From: Clostridiales bacterium
GTDB taxonomy: Bacteria; Bacillota; Clostridia; Saccharofermentanales; Saccharofermentanaceae
DNA length: 64,000 nt
Direction: 5' to 3'
Assembly: GCA_017550385.1 (NCBI GenBank)
Contig: JAFZPJ010000053.1
Location: forward strand, 32,683-96,682
The notes under the pieces are model-generated. The model worked only from the letters and a program-made list of their open reading frames with translations, was not told where the DNA came from and searched no databases. A program made the translations under genes and the position numbers. Of the stretch, positions 27,890 to 38,132 are shown in pieces (position 1 is the first letter of the stretch; every line of letters begins with the position of its first letter).

Positions 27890-29743
27890 GTGATGCGATT
27901 TGATGATAAAATGACCTGTAATAAAGACAAAGGAAGAACCGCTTTGACAGCAAAGGATTCGCTGAGAACTAAAGATTACCGGGACCGTGCCCAAGGGTTC
28001 GGTGTGTGCACGCTGGCGATACTTGTCTTGTATCTGCTGACAGGCATGAATGCCGGCAATATGGGAGAGATCGAAGCAGCGGCCCTCATGGCCGTGTTTA
28101 CGGCTTGTTGTGCATATTATGTTACAAACGCCTTTGTTACTTCACCCAAAAGATTCTTCTCCTTGATCTCCGCTGTTCCGGCCTTCGGCATTTATTGGAT
28201 CGTTCTCAAGTCATTGTTCGGCAGCGTTCAATACAACAGGCTTGACTGCCTGGTCGCGATGGAGAAGATCATCATGTGGTGCGGACTGGGAACCATACTG
28301 GTGTCCGCCGTGACGCTTATCGCGAGCCGCAAGTTCACCTGCAAGGATCTGATCACAGCCATCCTCTGCACCGGGTTCCTCATGAGAACGGTCATGGTGT
28401 TGTTTACCCCTCTCAAATACTTCCAGCACGATCTGTCGGACTTTACCGTAATCGAATCCGGATACCACGATGATTACATCATGATCATCCATGACTATAA
28501 CGTGATCCCCAACTATGACGTAAGAGGACTCGGGCTGCTGTATCATCCGCCTCTTCACCACGCGATATGCGCCGTATTCCTGAAGATCCAGGAGATCCTT
28601 CCTTTAAGATTTGCAGGAGACTTCAACGGTCTTAAGATGCTGCCCATGTTATGGACTTCGTATCTGGTGCTGTTTGTTAAGAAGATCCTGGAATACTTCA
28701 AGATCAAAGGCAAAGCGTTGGCACTGTCCTTATTGCCGGTCGTTTTCTGCCCCCTGATGATCTTCCTTGCTATCCAGCTCAATAACGATGCTCTGGCAAT
28801 AATGCTGTTCGTCGCTTCGTTCTATATCGCCCTCAAGTGGTATCAGGAGCCCGATCTTACGACGATCCTCTTCCTGGCTTTGGCGATCGGCTGTGCCATG
28901 ATGACAAAGCTGTCCATGGGATTTGTTGCTTTCCCCGTGGCGTGGCTGTTTGCCGTGCGTCTGTTCAAGACAGTGAAGGCAATGAGGAGCAAGACTGACA
29001 GGAAAGCAAAGAATGTCTTCAAGAGCCTGATCAAACAATTCGCTTCATTTGCCGTTCTGGTCTTCCCTCTGGGCATGTGGTTCCCGCTTCGCAACCTCAT
29101 CTCATACGGAACACCCATTACATACGTATATGCCATACCATCTGCCATCAACCAGGATGTGTGGATGTTCTCTCCTTTGCAGAGACTGTTCCTTCCGTCG
29201 GCAGAACTGTTCCGGTATCCGTATCTGCTGGAGGACAAAGAGGTCAACGACTACAACATATTCCTGGCTTTGACCAAGTCCGGCCTGTTCGACGAGCGCG
29301 AATTCTTCAATGATTTCCTTACTGCGGTTGCTGAAGCAATGCTCATTGCAGCCTGCATCCTGATACTGTTGATAATCGTATTTGCGGTTATCGGAGCCTG
29401 CAGAACCATAAAAAAGAAGAACACCGGCCTTCTTCCTGAATATGTCTCGCTCTGGATAATGAGCATCGTCCTGATCGTCTCCGAGTGTTCATTCTGCTTC
29501 TCCTACCCTGTCGTCTGCACCGAGGCTTTCAGATACATTGCACCCGTGGTAGTACCGGCAGCCGTTTGGAGCGGGAGGATGCTGATGATGAGCGAAGATC
29601 CGAAGAACAGCAAAGCATACAAAATCCTGTCAGCGGGATTCGTGATCGTCACCTGCATCTTAGTCTTAACGGTCATCCTCTTCTACGGAGCGTCGACGCA
29701 GTATCATCTCATCTGGAACGATCTGTTCATCAGGCAGGGCTGA
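27890..29743 (+). CDS. GT-C fold (PMT/ArnT-like) membrane glycosyltransferase; start uncertain
   Basis: Many TMs; QHD...GYHDDY...YHPPLHH and LNNDAL motifs typical of this family. Confidence 0.7.
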   Translation: MMRFDDKMTCNKDKGRTALTAKDSLRTKDYRDRAQGFGVCTLAILVLYLLTGMNAGNMGEIEAAALMAVFTACCAYYVTNAFVTSPKRFFSLISAVPAFGIYWIVLKSLFGSVQYNRLDCLVAMEKIIMWCGLGTILVSAVTLIASRKFTCKDLITAILCTGFLMRTVMVLFTPLKYFQHDLSDFTVIESGYHDDYIMIIHDYNVIPNYDVRGLGLLYHPPLHHAICAVFLKIQEILPLRFAGDFNGLKMLPMLWTSYLVLFVKKILEYFKIKGKALALSLLPVVFCPLMIFLAIQLNNDALAIMLFVASFYIALKWYQEPDLTTILFLALAIGCAMMTKLSMGFVAFPVAWLFAVRLFKTVKAMRSKTDRKAKNVFKSLIKQFASFAVLVFPLGMWFPLRNLISYGTPITYVYAIPSAINQDVWMFSPLQRLFLPSAELFRYPYLLEDKEVNDYNIFLALTKSGLFDEREFFNDFLTAVAEAMLIAACILILLIIVFAVIGACRTIKKKNTGLLPEYVSLWIMSIVLIVSECSFCFSYPVVCTEAFRYIAPVVVPAAVWSGRMLMMSEDPKNSKAYKILSAGFVIVTCILVLTVILFYGASTQYHLIWNDLFIRQG

Positions 29744-29832
29744 CCGCATCAGAATTGCCCCATTTTGGCGGGATTTGGCCCCGGTAAAGTTATAGTATAA
29801 TAAGCCATTATAAAAACACGGGGATCTTAATC

Positions 29833-31542
29833 ATGAACAGATCATTTTTGAAAAGAACTCTTACGGGGCTTGTCACCGCGGCCATATTTGCCATCGGAAG
29901 CCTGACGATCCTTCCCGGTGCCAAGGCATCTGCGGATACCGTATCGCTCTTTACCCTGTCGGGAAGTGCGCATGTCCAGGACATCGGTAATGTCGCTGCA
30001 TCACAGGACGAGACGGGACTTCTTAAGCTCGGCACCGAAGGCCAGTCGAAGCGCCTCGAAGAGATCACGATCAACTTTACGAACAATTCAGGTATCGGAG
30101 GTTCGCTCGAATACCGCGTACACGTTCAGGACATCGGCTGGATGGACTGGGTCGCTGCAGGCGGAGCGGCAGGCACCGAAGGCCAGTCCAAGCGCCTTGA
30201 AGGCATCGAGATAAGGCTTACCGGAGATCTGGCAGCTTCGTATGCTGTCGAGTATTCCGCACACATCCAGGACTACGGTGATGCCCAGGGCAACGTCTAT
30301 GACGGCGCTCTCGCAGGCACTACGGGCGAATCCAAGCGGGTCGAGGAGATCCGCGTCAAGATCGTAGAGAGAGCCTCTTATTCGACGATGGGCGTCAAGT
30401 ACCGCACTCACGTGCAGGACCAGGGATGGGAGAGCACATGGGCAACTGACGGCGCTCCGGCAGGCACTACCGGCAAGGCCAGAAGACTCGAAGGCATCAC
30501 GATCTCTCTTACGGGTGCACAGTATTCCGGCAGCATCCAGTACAACACCCATGTCCAGGATTACGGCTGGCTCTCGGATAAGGCCAAAGACGGCGAGATG
30601 AGCGGCACTCAGGGCCAGTCCAAGCGTCTTGAGGCGATCACCATAGAGCTTACGGGTGAGATCGCGAACTACTATGACGTATATTACCGCGTTCACGCAC
30701 AGGACATCGGCTGGATGGCATGGGCAAAGAATGGCGAGAATGCAGGTACTGCAGGCGGCGGCAAGAGACTCGAATCCATCCAGATCGTTCTCGTCCCCAA
30801 GGGTGCAGGCAATCCCGGCAACGTATCGGGAATAGAGAGCAACTTCACCTCTGCCTATAAGGACGTTCTTCCCGACAGATACCAGTTCTTCGATTTCCAG
30901 GCTAACTATGAGAAGAATGGTGCTCTTACCGGTATGGACGTATCCGCATGGCAGGGCGATATCAACTGGACCGCAGTAAAGAATGCGGGTGTCGACTTTG
31001 TCATCATCCGTCTTGCAAGGTGTTCTTCCACGACGCAGGAGATGGCTTTCGATACGAAGTTCCTGCAGAATTACCAGGGCGCGAAAGATGCCGGCCTTAT
31101 GGTAGGCGCATATTATTACTGCACCAGAGGCACCACCGATGCGGTGAGAGGTGATGTAAACGCCATCTGCGACTATCTCGACCAGAACAACATCGTGCTC
31201 GATTTCCCGCTCGCTTTCGACTGGGAAGAGTATTCCAAGATGCCCCAGTGGGGGATCCCGGATGTAAACGCTCTCAACCAGCTCTGGTACGCGTATATCG
31301 ACGAGATGGCAAAGCGCGGCAGAGACGTCATGATCTATGCCAGCAAGTGGTATCTCGAGAACTGGTGGGACGAGGCAGGCAAGACCGTCTGGGTCGCTAA
31401 CTGGACACCTCAGACAAACTACAAGGGCGAGTACTACTTCTGGCAGGTAACGTCCACAGGTGAGTGCGACGGCATCAAGGGTGTCGTGGATCTCGATGTC
31501 TACTATCCCATGGGCCACAAAGCCTATGCAGCAGGCACGTAA
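29833..31542 (+). CDS. Secreted ChW-repeat protein with C-terminal GH25 lysozyme domain
   Basis: Signal peptide, about 6 ChW repeats, GMDVSAWQGDINW...VDFVIIR, GAYYY, AFDWEE (DxE), WQ.TS...VDLD. Confidence 0.92.
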   Translation: MNRSFLKRTLTGLVTAAIFAIGSLTILPGAKASADTVSLFTLSGSAHVQDIGNVAASQDETGLLKLGTEGQSKRLEEITINFTNNSGIGGSLEYRVHVQDIGWMDWVAAGGAAGTEGQSKRLEGIEIRLTGDLAASYAVEYSAHIQDYGDAQGNVYDGALAGTTGESKRVEEIRVKIVERASYSTMGVKYRTHVQDQGWESTWATDGAPAGTTGKARRLEGITISLTGAQYSGSIQYNTHVQDYGWLSDKAKDGEMSGTQGQSKRLEAITIELTGEIANYYDVYYRVHAQDIGWMAWAKNGENAGTAGGGKRLESIQIVLVPKGAGNPGNVSGIESNFTSAYKDVLPDRYQFFDFQANYEKNGALTGMDVSAWQGDINWTAVKNAGVDFVIIRLARCSSTTQEMAFDTKFLQNYQGAKDAGLMVGAYYYCTRGTTDAVRGDVNAICDYLDQNNIVLDFPLAFDWEEYSKMPQWGIPDVNALNQLWYAYIDEMAKRGRDVMIYASKWYLENWWDEAGKTVWVANWTPQTNYKGEYYFWQVTSTGECDGIKGVVDLDVYYPMGHKAYAAGT

Positions 31543-31571
31543 TGCGCTTGCGTAAAAAGACAACACGCCAA

Positions 31572-31602
31572 GGGCCCGCACTGACCTGCGGGCTCTGTTT
31601 TT
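31572..31602 (+). terminator. Intrinsic terminator
   Basis: gggcccgca-ctgacc-tgcgggctc followed by tgttttt. Confidence 0.65.
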
Positions 31603-31728
31603 GCGCGCCGGAAGGCCTGCCGGGCGTCAAAAAGTCAATAAATGCCTAAAATATGCCAAAAATTGTAAAGCAGACCTTTATTCGCGCGTGTTAATATAAC
31701 GTGGCTTAATAAGGAGCATGGGATAGAT

Positions 31729-34700
31729 ATGTTGCAGATAAAGAATATTCGCAAGGAGTACAAGACCGGAAGTCTGGTCCAGCGCGCGCTGGATGATGTC
31801 TCGCTGAACTTAAGGGACAACGAGTTCGTTGCGATACTCGGTCCTTCTGGTTCCGGCAAGACTACTCTTCTTAACATCATCGGCGGTCTCGACCGCTATG
31901 ATACGGGTGACCTCATCATCAACGGGGTATCCACAAAGAAATACAAAGACCGCGATTGGGACTCCTACCGTAACCATACGGTAGGTTTTGTGTTTCAGAG
32001 CTACAATCTGATACCCCACCAGACGATTCTGGCCAACGTCGAGCTTGCCCTCACGATCTCCGGCATCAAGGCAAAAGAGCGTAAGGAGAGAGCCCTTGAG
32101 GCTCTGGATAAGGTCGGGCTCAGGGATCAGGCACATAAGAAGCCGAACCAGCTGTCAGGCGGACAGATGCAGAGAGTAGCCATAGCGCGTGCCCTAGTTA
32201 ATGATCCGGACATCCTTCTCGCAGATGAGCCGACAGGCGCTCTCGATACCGATACTTCGATCCACGTCATGGATCTTCTCAAGGAAGTTGCCAAGGACCG
32301 TCTCGTAGTCATGGTAACGCACAACCCCGAGCTTGCCGAACAATACGCCAACAGGATCGTCAAGCTCAAGGACGGCAAGATCACGGATGACAGCAATCCG
32401 TATAAGCCCGAAGACGACGGCATCAAGCCCGTACACAGGAATCTCGGCAAGGCGTCGATGAGCTTCCTTACTGCGCTCGTGCTGAGCTTCAACAACCTTT
32501 GGACCAAGAAGGCGAGAACCATCCTCGTATCCTTTGCCGGTTCCATCGGCATCATAGGCATCGCACTTATCCTGTCTCTGTCGACGGGCGTCAACGTGTA
32601 TATCGACGATACGGAGAGGAAGACGCTCTCGCAGTATCCGATCCAGATAACGTCATCGGCGGTATCGCTTATTGCCATGATGACGGGCGGTGATTCCGAT
32701 ACGCTCGAAGTCGCTCCCGACGGAACGATAAGGGAGATCCCCAGGGTCAACCAGATCCTGTCTTCATTCAAGACCAACGACCTCGTTGCGCTTAAGAACT
32801 ATTTTGATACCGAAGCTCCCGAGATCTACGATTATACGAACGGCATCGAGTACACATACGATCTCGTTCCGCAGATCTATTACTACAATCCCGGAGAAGA
32901 CAAGTACAAGCTGGTCAATCCGAACAACGACTTCGAATCGATCGGACTTACTTCATCGAGCCTGTTCTCTTCGGCTTACACGATGAACATCTTCTATGAG
33001 CTTCCCGAGAACGATTCGCTCTATAAGGACCAGTATGACATCAAGGCTGGCAAGTGGCCCGAGAACTCCTCAGAGGCAGTGCTCGTCTTAACATCCAAGG
33101 GCAACGTATCCGACTTCGTCATCTACACGTTCGGTCTCCGCGATTCACAGGAACTCAAGGATATGATCGATGACTTCGAAGACGGTATCGAGACCGAGCT
33201 CATCGAAGAGACGACGGACTGGTCTTATGATGACTTCATGAACGTCACCTTCAAGGTGCTCCCGGCATATGAGAAATACAAGTACGACGACGTGCACGAA
33301 GTATGGACCGACATGTCAAACGACGACGAGTTCATGATGGATGCACTGTCAGGCGCCAAGGATCTCAAGATCGTCGGAATAGTAATGCCCAAGAGCGGTG
33401 AAGACATCCAGATGCTCAGCGCGGGAATCTACTACGGCAAGGATCTCATCGAAGAACTCCGCGAGGAGTCGGAGAGTGCGGAGATCGTTCTCGCACAGCT
33501 TGCAGACAAGGACGTCAATGTTCTTACGGGCATTCCGTTTGACGACGAGGACAGCGGCTTTGACTTAGGAGACATGTTCTCTATCGACGAAGACAAGATG
33601 CAGGAAGCGTTCCAGTTCAATACGGACGATCTCGAATTCGATTCCGATTCGCTCGGCGATACCGGCGACATCGATTTTACCGGCGCATTCGCTAATGCCA
33701 TGCCTACCATGACAGGAACTGATATCGGCGCACTCCTGAACGGCGTTGAGCTCAAGGTCGACCAGGACAAGCTCGAGACTCTCATGCAGACCGTGATCGC
33801 CGGATATGTAACTTATGCTGCCAAAGATCCGACGACGGATATCACGAACCTCTCCGATGCATTCGAGTCTTACCTCGCTTCTGAAGCAGGCAAGGAAGTC
33901 ATCAAGACCCAGCTGATCAAGATAGTAACTTCCGGCAGCGTCACGAGCATATCGTCTTCTACGATGAACAACGCGACACAGGCCATCATGACGGGCTTCA
34001 TGCAGTATGCGGTCACTAACGGTCTGGACATAACGGATTCTTCCAAGCTCGGCGATTACTTCCAGGCTTATGCTGCTACTCCTGCGGGAAGTGCAGTAGT
34101 CGATGAACAGATGGACATCCTTCTTACCGAAGCGCTCAACAACATCAACATAACAGATGAGCAGATGAGCGAGTTCACCACGGCACTCATCGCAGGCTAT
34201 ATCGTATATGCACAGCAGAATTCGCTCCCCGATCCCACGAAGATCTCGACTTCCTTCGCCGAGTACGTCAATACTCCCGAAGCACAGGCGATCATTACGG
34301 CAGGCGCCATGAATGCGCTCAACATGGATGAGATCGAGAACGTCGTCGCGCAGAACATGAACGGCATGACTGCAGGCATGGCGGCGTCGATGGGTGCTGC
34401 CATGGAAGATGTTTTCGCGCAGGTTGCAGACGTGCTCGCGGATAACATCCAGAGTGCGATGGAGGACACGTTCTCCGATATGGACGAGCTGTTCACCATA
34501 GACGAGGATGCTTTCGCGGAAGCGTTCCAGGTCAATATGGACGAGTCGCAGATGCAGTCCTTCCTCGCGGAGATGATGAGCACCGGAGTATCGTCGGCAG
34601 ACAAGAACCTGTCCGACTTCGGATACTGCGACAAAGACGACATGAGCTCGATCACGATCTACCCCAAGGACTTCGAGAGCAAGGATAAGATCGTCGAGAT

Positions 34701-35211
34701 AATCAACGACTACAACGCCAAGGCAAAGGCTGCGGACGAAGATGAGATCACTTATACTGACGTAGTCGGCGCGCTGATGAAGTCGGTAACGAAGATCGTC
34801 AACACGATATCTTACGTGCTCATTGCTTTCGTCGCGATATCACTCGTCGTATCTTCCATCATGATCGGCGTCATCACATACATCAGCGTCTTGGAGCGCC
34901 GCAAGGAGATCGGCATACTCCGTGCCATGGGCGCATCGAAACACAACATCGCACAGGTCTTCAACGCTGAGACAGTCATCACGGGATTCCTCGCGGGCGC
35001 GATGGGCGTTATCATATCGCTCCTCATCCTGATACCTGCGAACCTCATCATCCACCAGATCGCAGAGACCGACGCGATCAACGCGCAGCTGCCGCCTCTC
35101 GCGGGCATCATACTGGTGCTGCTGTCTGTCGTGCTGACGCTCATCGGCGGACTCATCCCGTCCAAGACCGCATCCAAACAGGATCCCGTCACAGCGCTCA
35201 GGACAGAATAA
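31729..35211 (+). CDS. MacB-like ABC transporter, fused ATPase and FtsX permease
   Basis: [31 protein letters not shown], then TM, large extracellular region, [17 protein letters not shown]. Confidence 0.93.
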   Translation: MLQIKNIRKEYKTGSLVQRALDDVSLNLRDNEFVAILGPSGSGKTTLLNIIGGLDRYDTGDLIINGVSTKKYKDRDWDSYRNHTVGFVFQSYNLIPHQTILANVELALTISGIKAKERKERALEALDKVGLRDQAHKKPNQLSGGQMQRVAIARALVNDPDILLADEPTGALDTDTSIHVMDLLKEVAKDRLVVMVTHNPELAEQYANRIVKLKDGKITDDSNPYKPEDDGIKPVHRNLGKASMSFLTALVLSFNNLWTKKARTILVSFAGSIGIIGIALILSLSTGVNVYIDDTERKTLSQYPIQITSSAVSLIAMMTGGDSDTLEVAPDGTIREIPRVNQILSSFKTNDLVALKNYFDTEAPEIYDYTNGIEYTYDLVPQIYYYNPGEDKYKLVNPNNDFESIGLTSSSLFSSAYTMNIFYELPENDSLYKDQYDIKAGKWPENSSEAVLVLTSKGNVSDFVIYTFGLRDSQELKDMIDDFEDGIETELIEETTDWSYDDFMNVTFKVLPAYEKYKYDDVHEVWTDMSNDDEFMMDALSGAKDLKIVGIVMPKSGEDIQMLSAGIYYGKDLIEELREESESAEIVLAQLADKDVNVLTGIPFDDEDSGFDLGDMFSIDEDKMQEAFQFNTDDLEFDSDSLGDTGDIDFTGAFANAMPTMTGTDIGALLNGVELKVDQDKLETLMQTVIAGYVTYAAKDPTTDITNLSDAFESYLASEAGKEVIKTQLIKIVTSGSVTSISSSTMNNATQAIMTGFMQYAVTNGLDITDSSKLGDYFQAYAATPAGSAVVDEQMDILLTEALNNINITDEQMSEFTTALIAGYIVYAQQNSLPDPTKISTSFAEYVNTPEAQAIITAGAMNALNMDEIENVVAQNMNGMTAGMAASMGAAMEDVFAQVADVLADNIQSAMEDTFSDMDELFTIDEDAFAEAFQVNMDESQMQSFLAEMMSTGVSSADKNLSDFGYCDKDDMSSITIYPKDFESKDKIVEIINDYNAKAKAADEDEITYTDVVGALMKSVTKIVNTISYVLIAFVAISLVVSSIMIGVITYISVLERRKEIGILRAMGASKHNIAQVFNAETVITGFLAGAMGVIISLLILIPANLIIHQIAETDAINAQLPPLAGIILVLLSVVLTLIGGLIPSKTASKQDPVTALRTE

Positions 35212-35317
35212 GTTCACACTCCGTTACTCATTGTTAACTGCATGTTCGCACAAACTCCGTACGCCCTGACTATAATCAGGGTGTACGTTTTATTTGGAGT
35301 ATAACGGGAGGCGTAAC

Positions 35318-35941
35318 ATGGATAATAAAGTAATGTATAACCTGTCGTACGGCCTGTTCATCCTGACGGCAAGAGAAGACGGCAAGGATAACGGCTGCAT
35401 AGTAAATACTGTCACTCAGGTAACGACCGATCCTAACAGGATCACGGTAACGGTCAACAAGGCTAACCTGACGCACGACATGATAATGGAGACCGGATAC
35501 TTCAACGTATCCATCCTTACGGAGAAGTCGAAGTTCGATACATACAAGCACTGGGGATTCCAAAGCGGAAGAGATGCGGATAAGCTCGAAGAGATCGAGT
35601 TCAAGAGATCGCCTGACGGCATCTGCTATATCACCAGCGAGACCAACGCTTATATTTCCGCGAAGGTCATAACCTCGATGGATCTCGGCACGCATACGAT
35701 GTTCATCGCAGATGTCATCGGAGGCGAGATACTGTCGGAAGATCCTTCTGTCACATACGCTTACTATCAGAAGAACATCAAGGCCAAGCCCGCTGCAGAA
35801 GACAAAGCGAAGAAGGGCTTCATCTGCACGGTCTGCGGATACCTGTACGAAGGCGATACTCTTCCCGAGGATTATATCTGCCCTCTGTGCAAGCACGACG
35901 CATCGTTCTTTGTTCCGGCAGATCAGTACAAAGGCAGATGA
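35318..35941 (+). CDS. Flavin reductase-like protein with C-terminal rubredoxin domain
   Basis: LSYGLFILT...NGCIVNT, GFQSGRDADK, DLGTHTMF; CTVCGY...CPLC; GGGAGG RBS. Confidence 0.9.
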   Translation: MDNKVMYNLSYGLFILTAREDGKDNGCIVNTVTQVTTDPNRITVTVNKANLTHDMIMETGYFNVSILTEKSKFDTYKHWGFQSGRDADKLEEIEFKRSPDGICYITSETNAYISAKVITSMDLGTHTMFIADVIGGEILSEDPSVTYAYYQKNIKAKPAAEDKAKKGFICTVCGYLYEGDTLPEDYICPLCKHDASFFVPADQYKGR

Positions 35942-36487
35942 TCACAGAGCCTTGAGTTCGGCCGAGATCCTGTCGTTCTCATCGATTGACATAATAATAT
36001 AACTCTTATATGAACCGCCCCGGGGAAGCGATATGCTCCCGGGGTTCATTATCCTTACGCCCGGAGCGCAGCCCGGCCAGGGTTCTATGTAATAGCGCGC
36101 GAACTCTTCCGCGAACTCGCCTTCGCTGTCATAAGGAACATGGGTATGACCGAATAAAGCGATATCGCACTTCTCATCCGAAGCCGCGACGGCTATCGTC
36201 GTGAGTCCGTGATTTACGCGCTCATGATGGCCGTGGCAGCAATAGAAGCGGTGACCGTGAAGAGTGAATACGGATCTTCTGAGAAGTTCGTTCCCCGAAG
36301 ACTGGTAGTCGCAGTTGCCCTTGATGAATATGCAGGGAGTCTTAGGAGCACCTGCCCATGAAGCGGCCTGACGCGGATCGTCTTCGATGTCTCCCAGGTG
36401 GATGAGCATGTCGGGCTTCTCCCGTTCTATAACGGTCTTGAGGTTTGCCGACATCCTGTGTGAATCGCTTGCTATCAGAATTCTCAT
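35942..36487 (-). CDS. YfcE-family metallophosphoesterase
   Basis: SDSH, HLGD, KGNCD, HGH, FGHTH, NPGS motifs. Confidence 0.92.
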   Translation of the reverse strand: MRILIASDSHRMSANLKTVIEREKPDMLIHLGDIEDDPRQAASWAGAPKTPCIFIKGNCDYQSSGNELLRRSVFTLHGHRFYCCHGHHERVNHGLTTIAVAASDEKCDIALFGHTHVPYDSEGEFAEEFARYYIEPWPGCAPGVRIMNPGSISLPRGGSYKSYIIMSIDENDRISAELKAL

Positions 36488-36660
36488 ACAAGGATTATCG
36501 TTTTTTGGCGGGTTAATTTCAAGGTAACAAGTAGGGGGTGTTGTTTATAAAGTCTTTACAGTTTAATAAACCGACCTAAACATTCGGGGACTATCATTTA
36601 ATCAGATACCAAAATGTAAATGAGGAAAAGGGTAATTCAAAATCTACAGACGGGAGAGAT

Positions 36661-36930
36661 ATGATCATGGATGCAAAGTCAATTGAAGAAGCATTAAGGA
36701 TTTTCATGAAGGACAAGCACATCACGCAGACCAAGATGGCCGGTGAGCTTGGATACAAGACAGTCGCAGGTATCACGAACAGACTTGATTCCTCCAAGAA
36801 CAGCATGAGATTCGATATGGCTTATAAGTTTGCGAATGTCATCGGCTGTGATCTTGTCCTGAGAGACCGCGAGAACCCCGAGAAGGAGATCGTTATCCGT
36901 GGCTACAAGTCCAAGCCTGAAGATAACTGA
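36661..36930 (+). CDS. Small XRE-like helix-turn-helix protein
   Basis: KHITQTKMAGELGY...FANVIGCDL. Confidence 0.7.
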   Translation: MIMDAKSIEEALRIFMKDKHITQTKMAGELGYKTVAGITNRLDSSKNSMRFDMAYKFANVIGCDLVLRDRENPEKEIVIRGYKSKPEDN

Positions 36931-38037
36931 TCAGGTCTTCGGGACGAACCAGTAACCGGCGTCCCACCCCGGCACGCAGCGCGAACGCCGGATATACATA
37001 CGGTAGTCAGACCTGATCCCTAAGATCTCCTCCGGCAGTACGAACAGATCCTCACTTCTGTGATAGCACGAGACCATTAATATGGGCCCGTGCTTTTTTA
37101 TTGTCTCCCTGCCGCCTCGTATCGCTTCGAGCTCTGCTCCTTCGACATCGAACTTTATGAAGCCTGCTCTCTTTCCATCCATCAGAGAATCTATCGATTC
37201 AAGATGTACCGGAACTGTCTTTACACTGTTGATGCCGGCACCCGCTCCGGTTATCTTGCCGGACCTCGAACCTCTTCCGTGAGATGATGTCATGACGCCT
37301 TCTCCGCTGTGATCGGATATCAATGCATGGACGGGCGTGACCTTGCCGCCATACTCTTCACATACGGCGCACAGCTTCTTGTAAGAGTGTCTCTCGGGTT
37401 CTACTGCGACCGCACCTGATGCATCGGGAAGAAGTCCCATGTACCGTCTCACGGTATCACCGTTGTATGCTCCGAGATCGAGAAAGCATGTATCCGGCAG
37501 AACGCTCTTAAGCATCTCTTTCTCGTCGTCAGGAGTCTCTGATGCCGTCAGATATTCCATCCTTCCCGTGAGTTTGTAATTCACATAATTGCGGAAGCAC
37601 TCCCGAGATATATCGTCTTCCAACGACTCATACACGCGCCAGAGTCTGTCTTCGTTTTCTTCTGCAAACGCGCTGTCGAAAACGTTATCTCCGCATACGG
37701 GAACATCAGGTATAAGCGTCTCACAGATCTTTGATATGCGTTCGATGTTATCCAACACTTTAGGCAGTGAAGAACCGAAACACACGAGCACTATCATGCC
37801 GTCTCCCAGACGTGCACGCGCCTCGTCGAAAGACTCCACCTTGAAGCCGCGGAACGTTCTGTTCCTCACAAAACCGTCGCTTGCAAAGACTGCCTTGATG
37901 CGGTCTGCGAGGCGGTTGTTTTCGAGAACGGTGATGACCTTGTCCGCACCGTCACCCGTACCGTAAAGTGCGACCGGAGCAGAAGAGTTCTTAAGATACG
38001 ACCACAGATCTTGTTGTTTTGTGTCTAATAACTTCAT
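36931..38037 (-). CDS. FkbM-family methyltransferase
   Basis: FLDLGAYNGDT, AVEPE, FIKFDVEGAE, SCYHRSEDL. Confidence 0.9.
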   Translation of the reverse strand: MKLLDTKQQDLWSYLKNSSAPVALYGTGDGADKVITVLENNRLADRIKAVFASDGFVRNRTFRGFKVESFDEARARLGDGMIVLVCFGSSLPKVLDNIERISKICETLIPDVPVCGDNVFDSAFAEENEDRLWRVYESLEDDISRECFRNYVNYKLTGRMEYLTASETPDDEKEMLKSVLPDTCFLDLGAYNGDTVRRYMGLLPDASGAVAVEPERHSYKKLCAVCEEYGGKVTPVHALISDHSGEGVMTSSHGRGSRSGKITGAGAGINSVKTVPVHLESIDSLMDGKRAGFIKFDVEGAELEAIRGGRETIKKHGPILMVSCYHRSEDLFVLPEEILGIRSDYRMYIRRSRCVPGWDAGYWFVPKT

Positions 38038-38132
38038 TGCCTAAAAGATAACACAATTTTGTAATAGGGGTAATGTATAATACCAGCCGTAAGACTGTCA
38101 TGCGGCAGTCCGCATAAATATGGAGGTATAAC

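Noticed and set aside
36488-36660. AT-rich intergenic region as a possible riboswitch or ncRNA
   Set aside because: No recognisable conserved motif or stable structure; consistent with divergent promoters.
38093-38115. Two overlapping alternative hairpins in the leader of the solute-binding protein gene
   Set aside because: Short, neither occludes the SD nor forms a terminator, and no riboswitch consensus.
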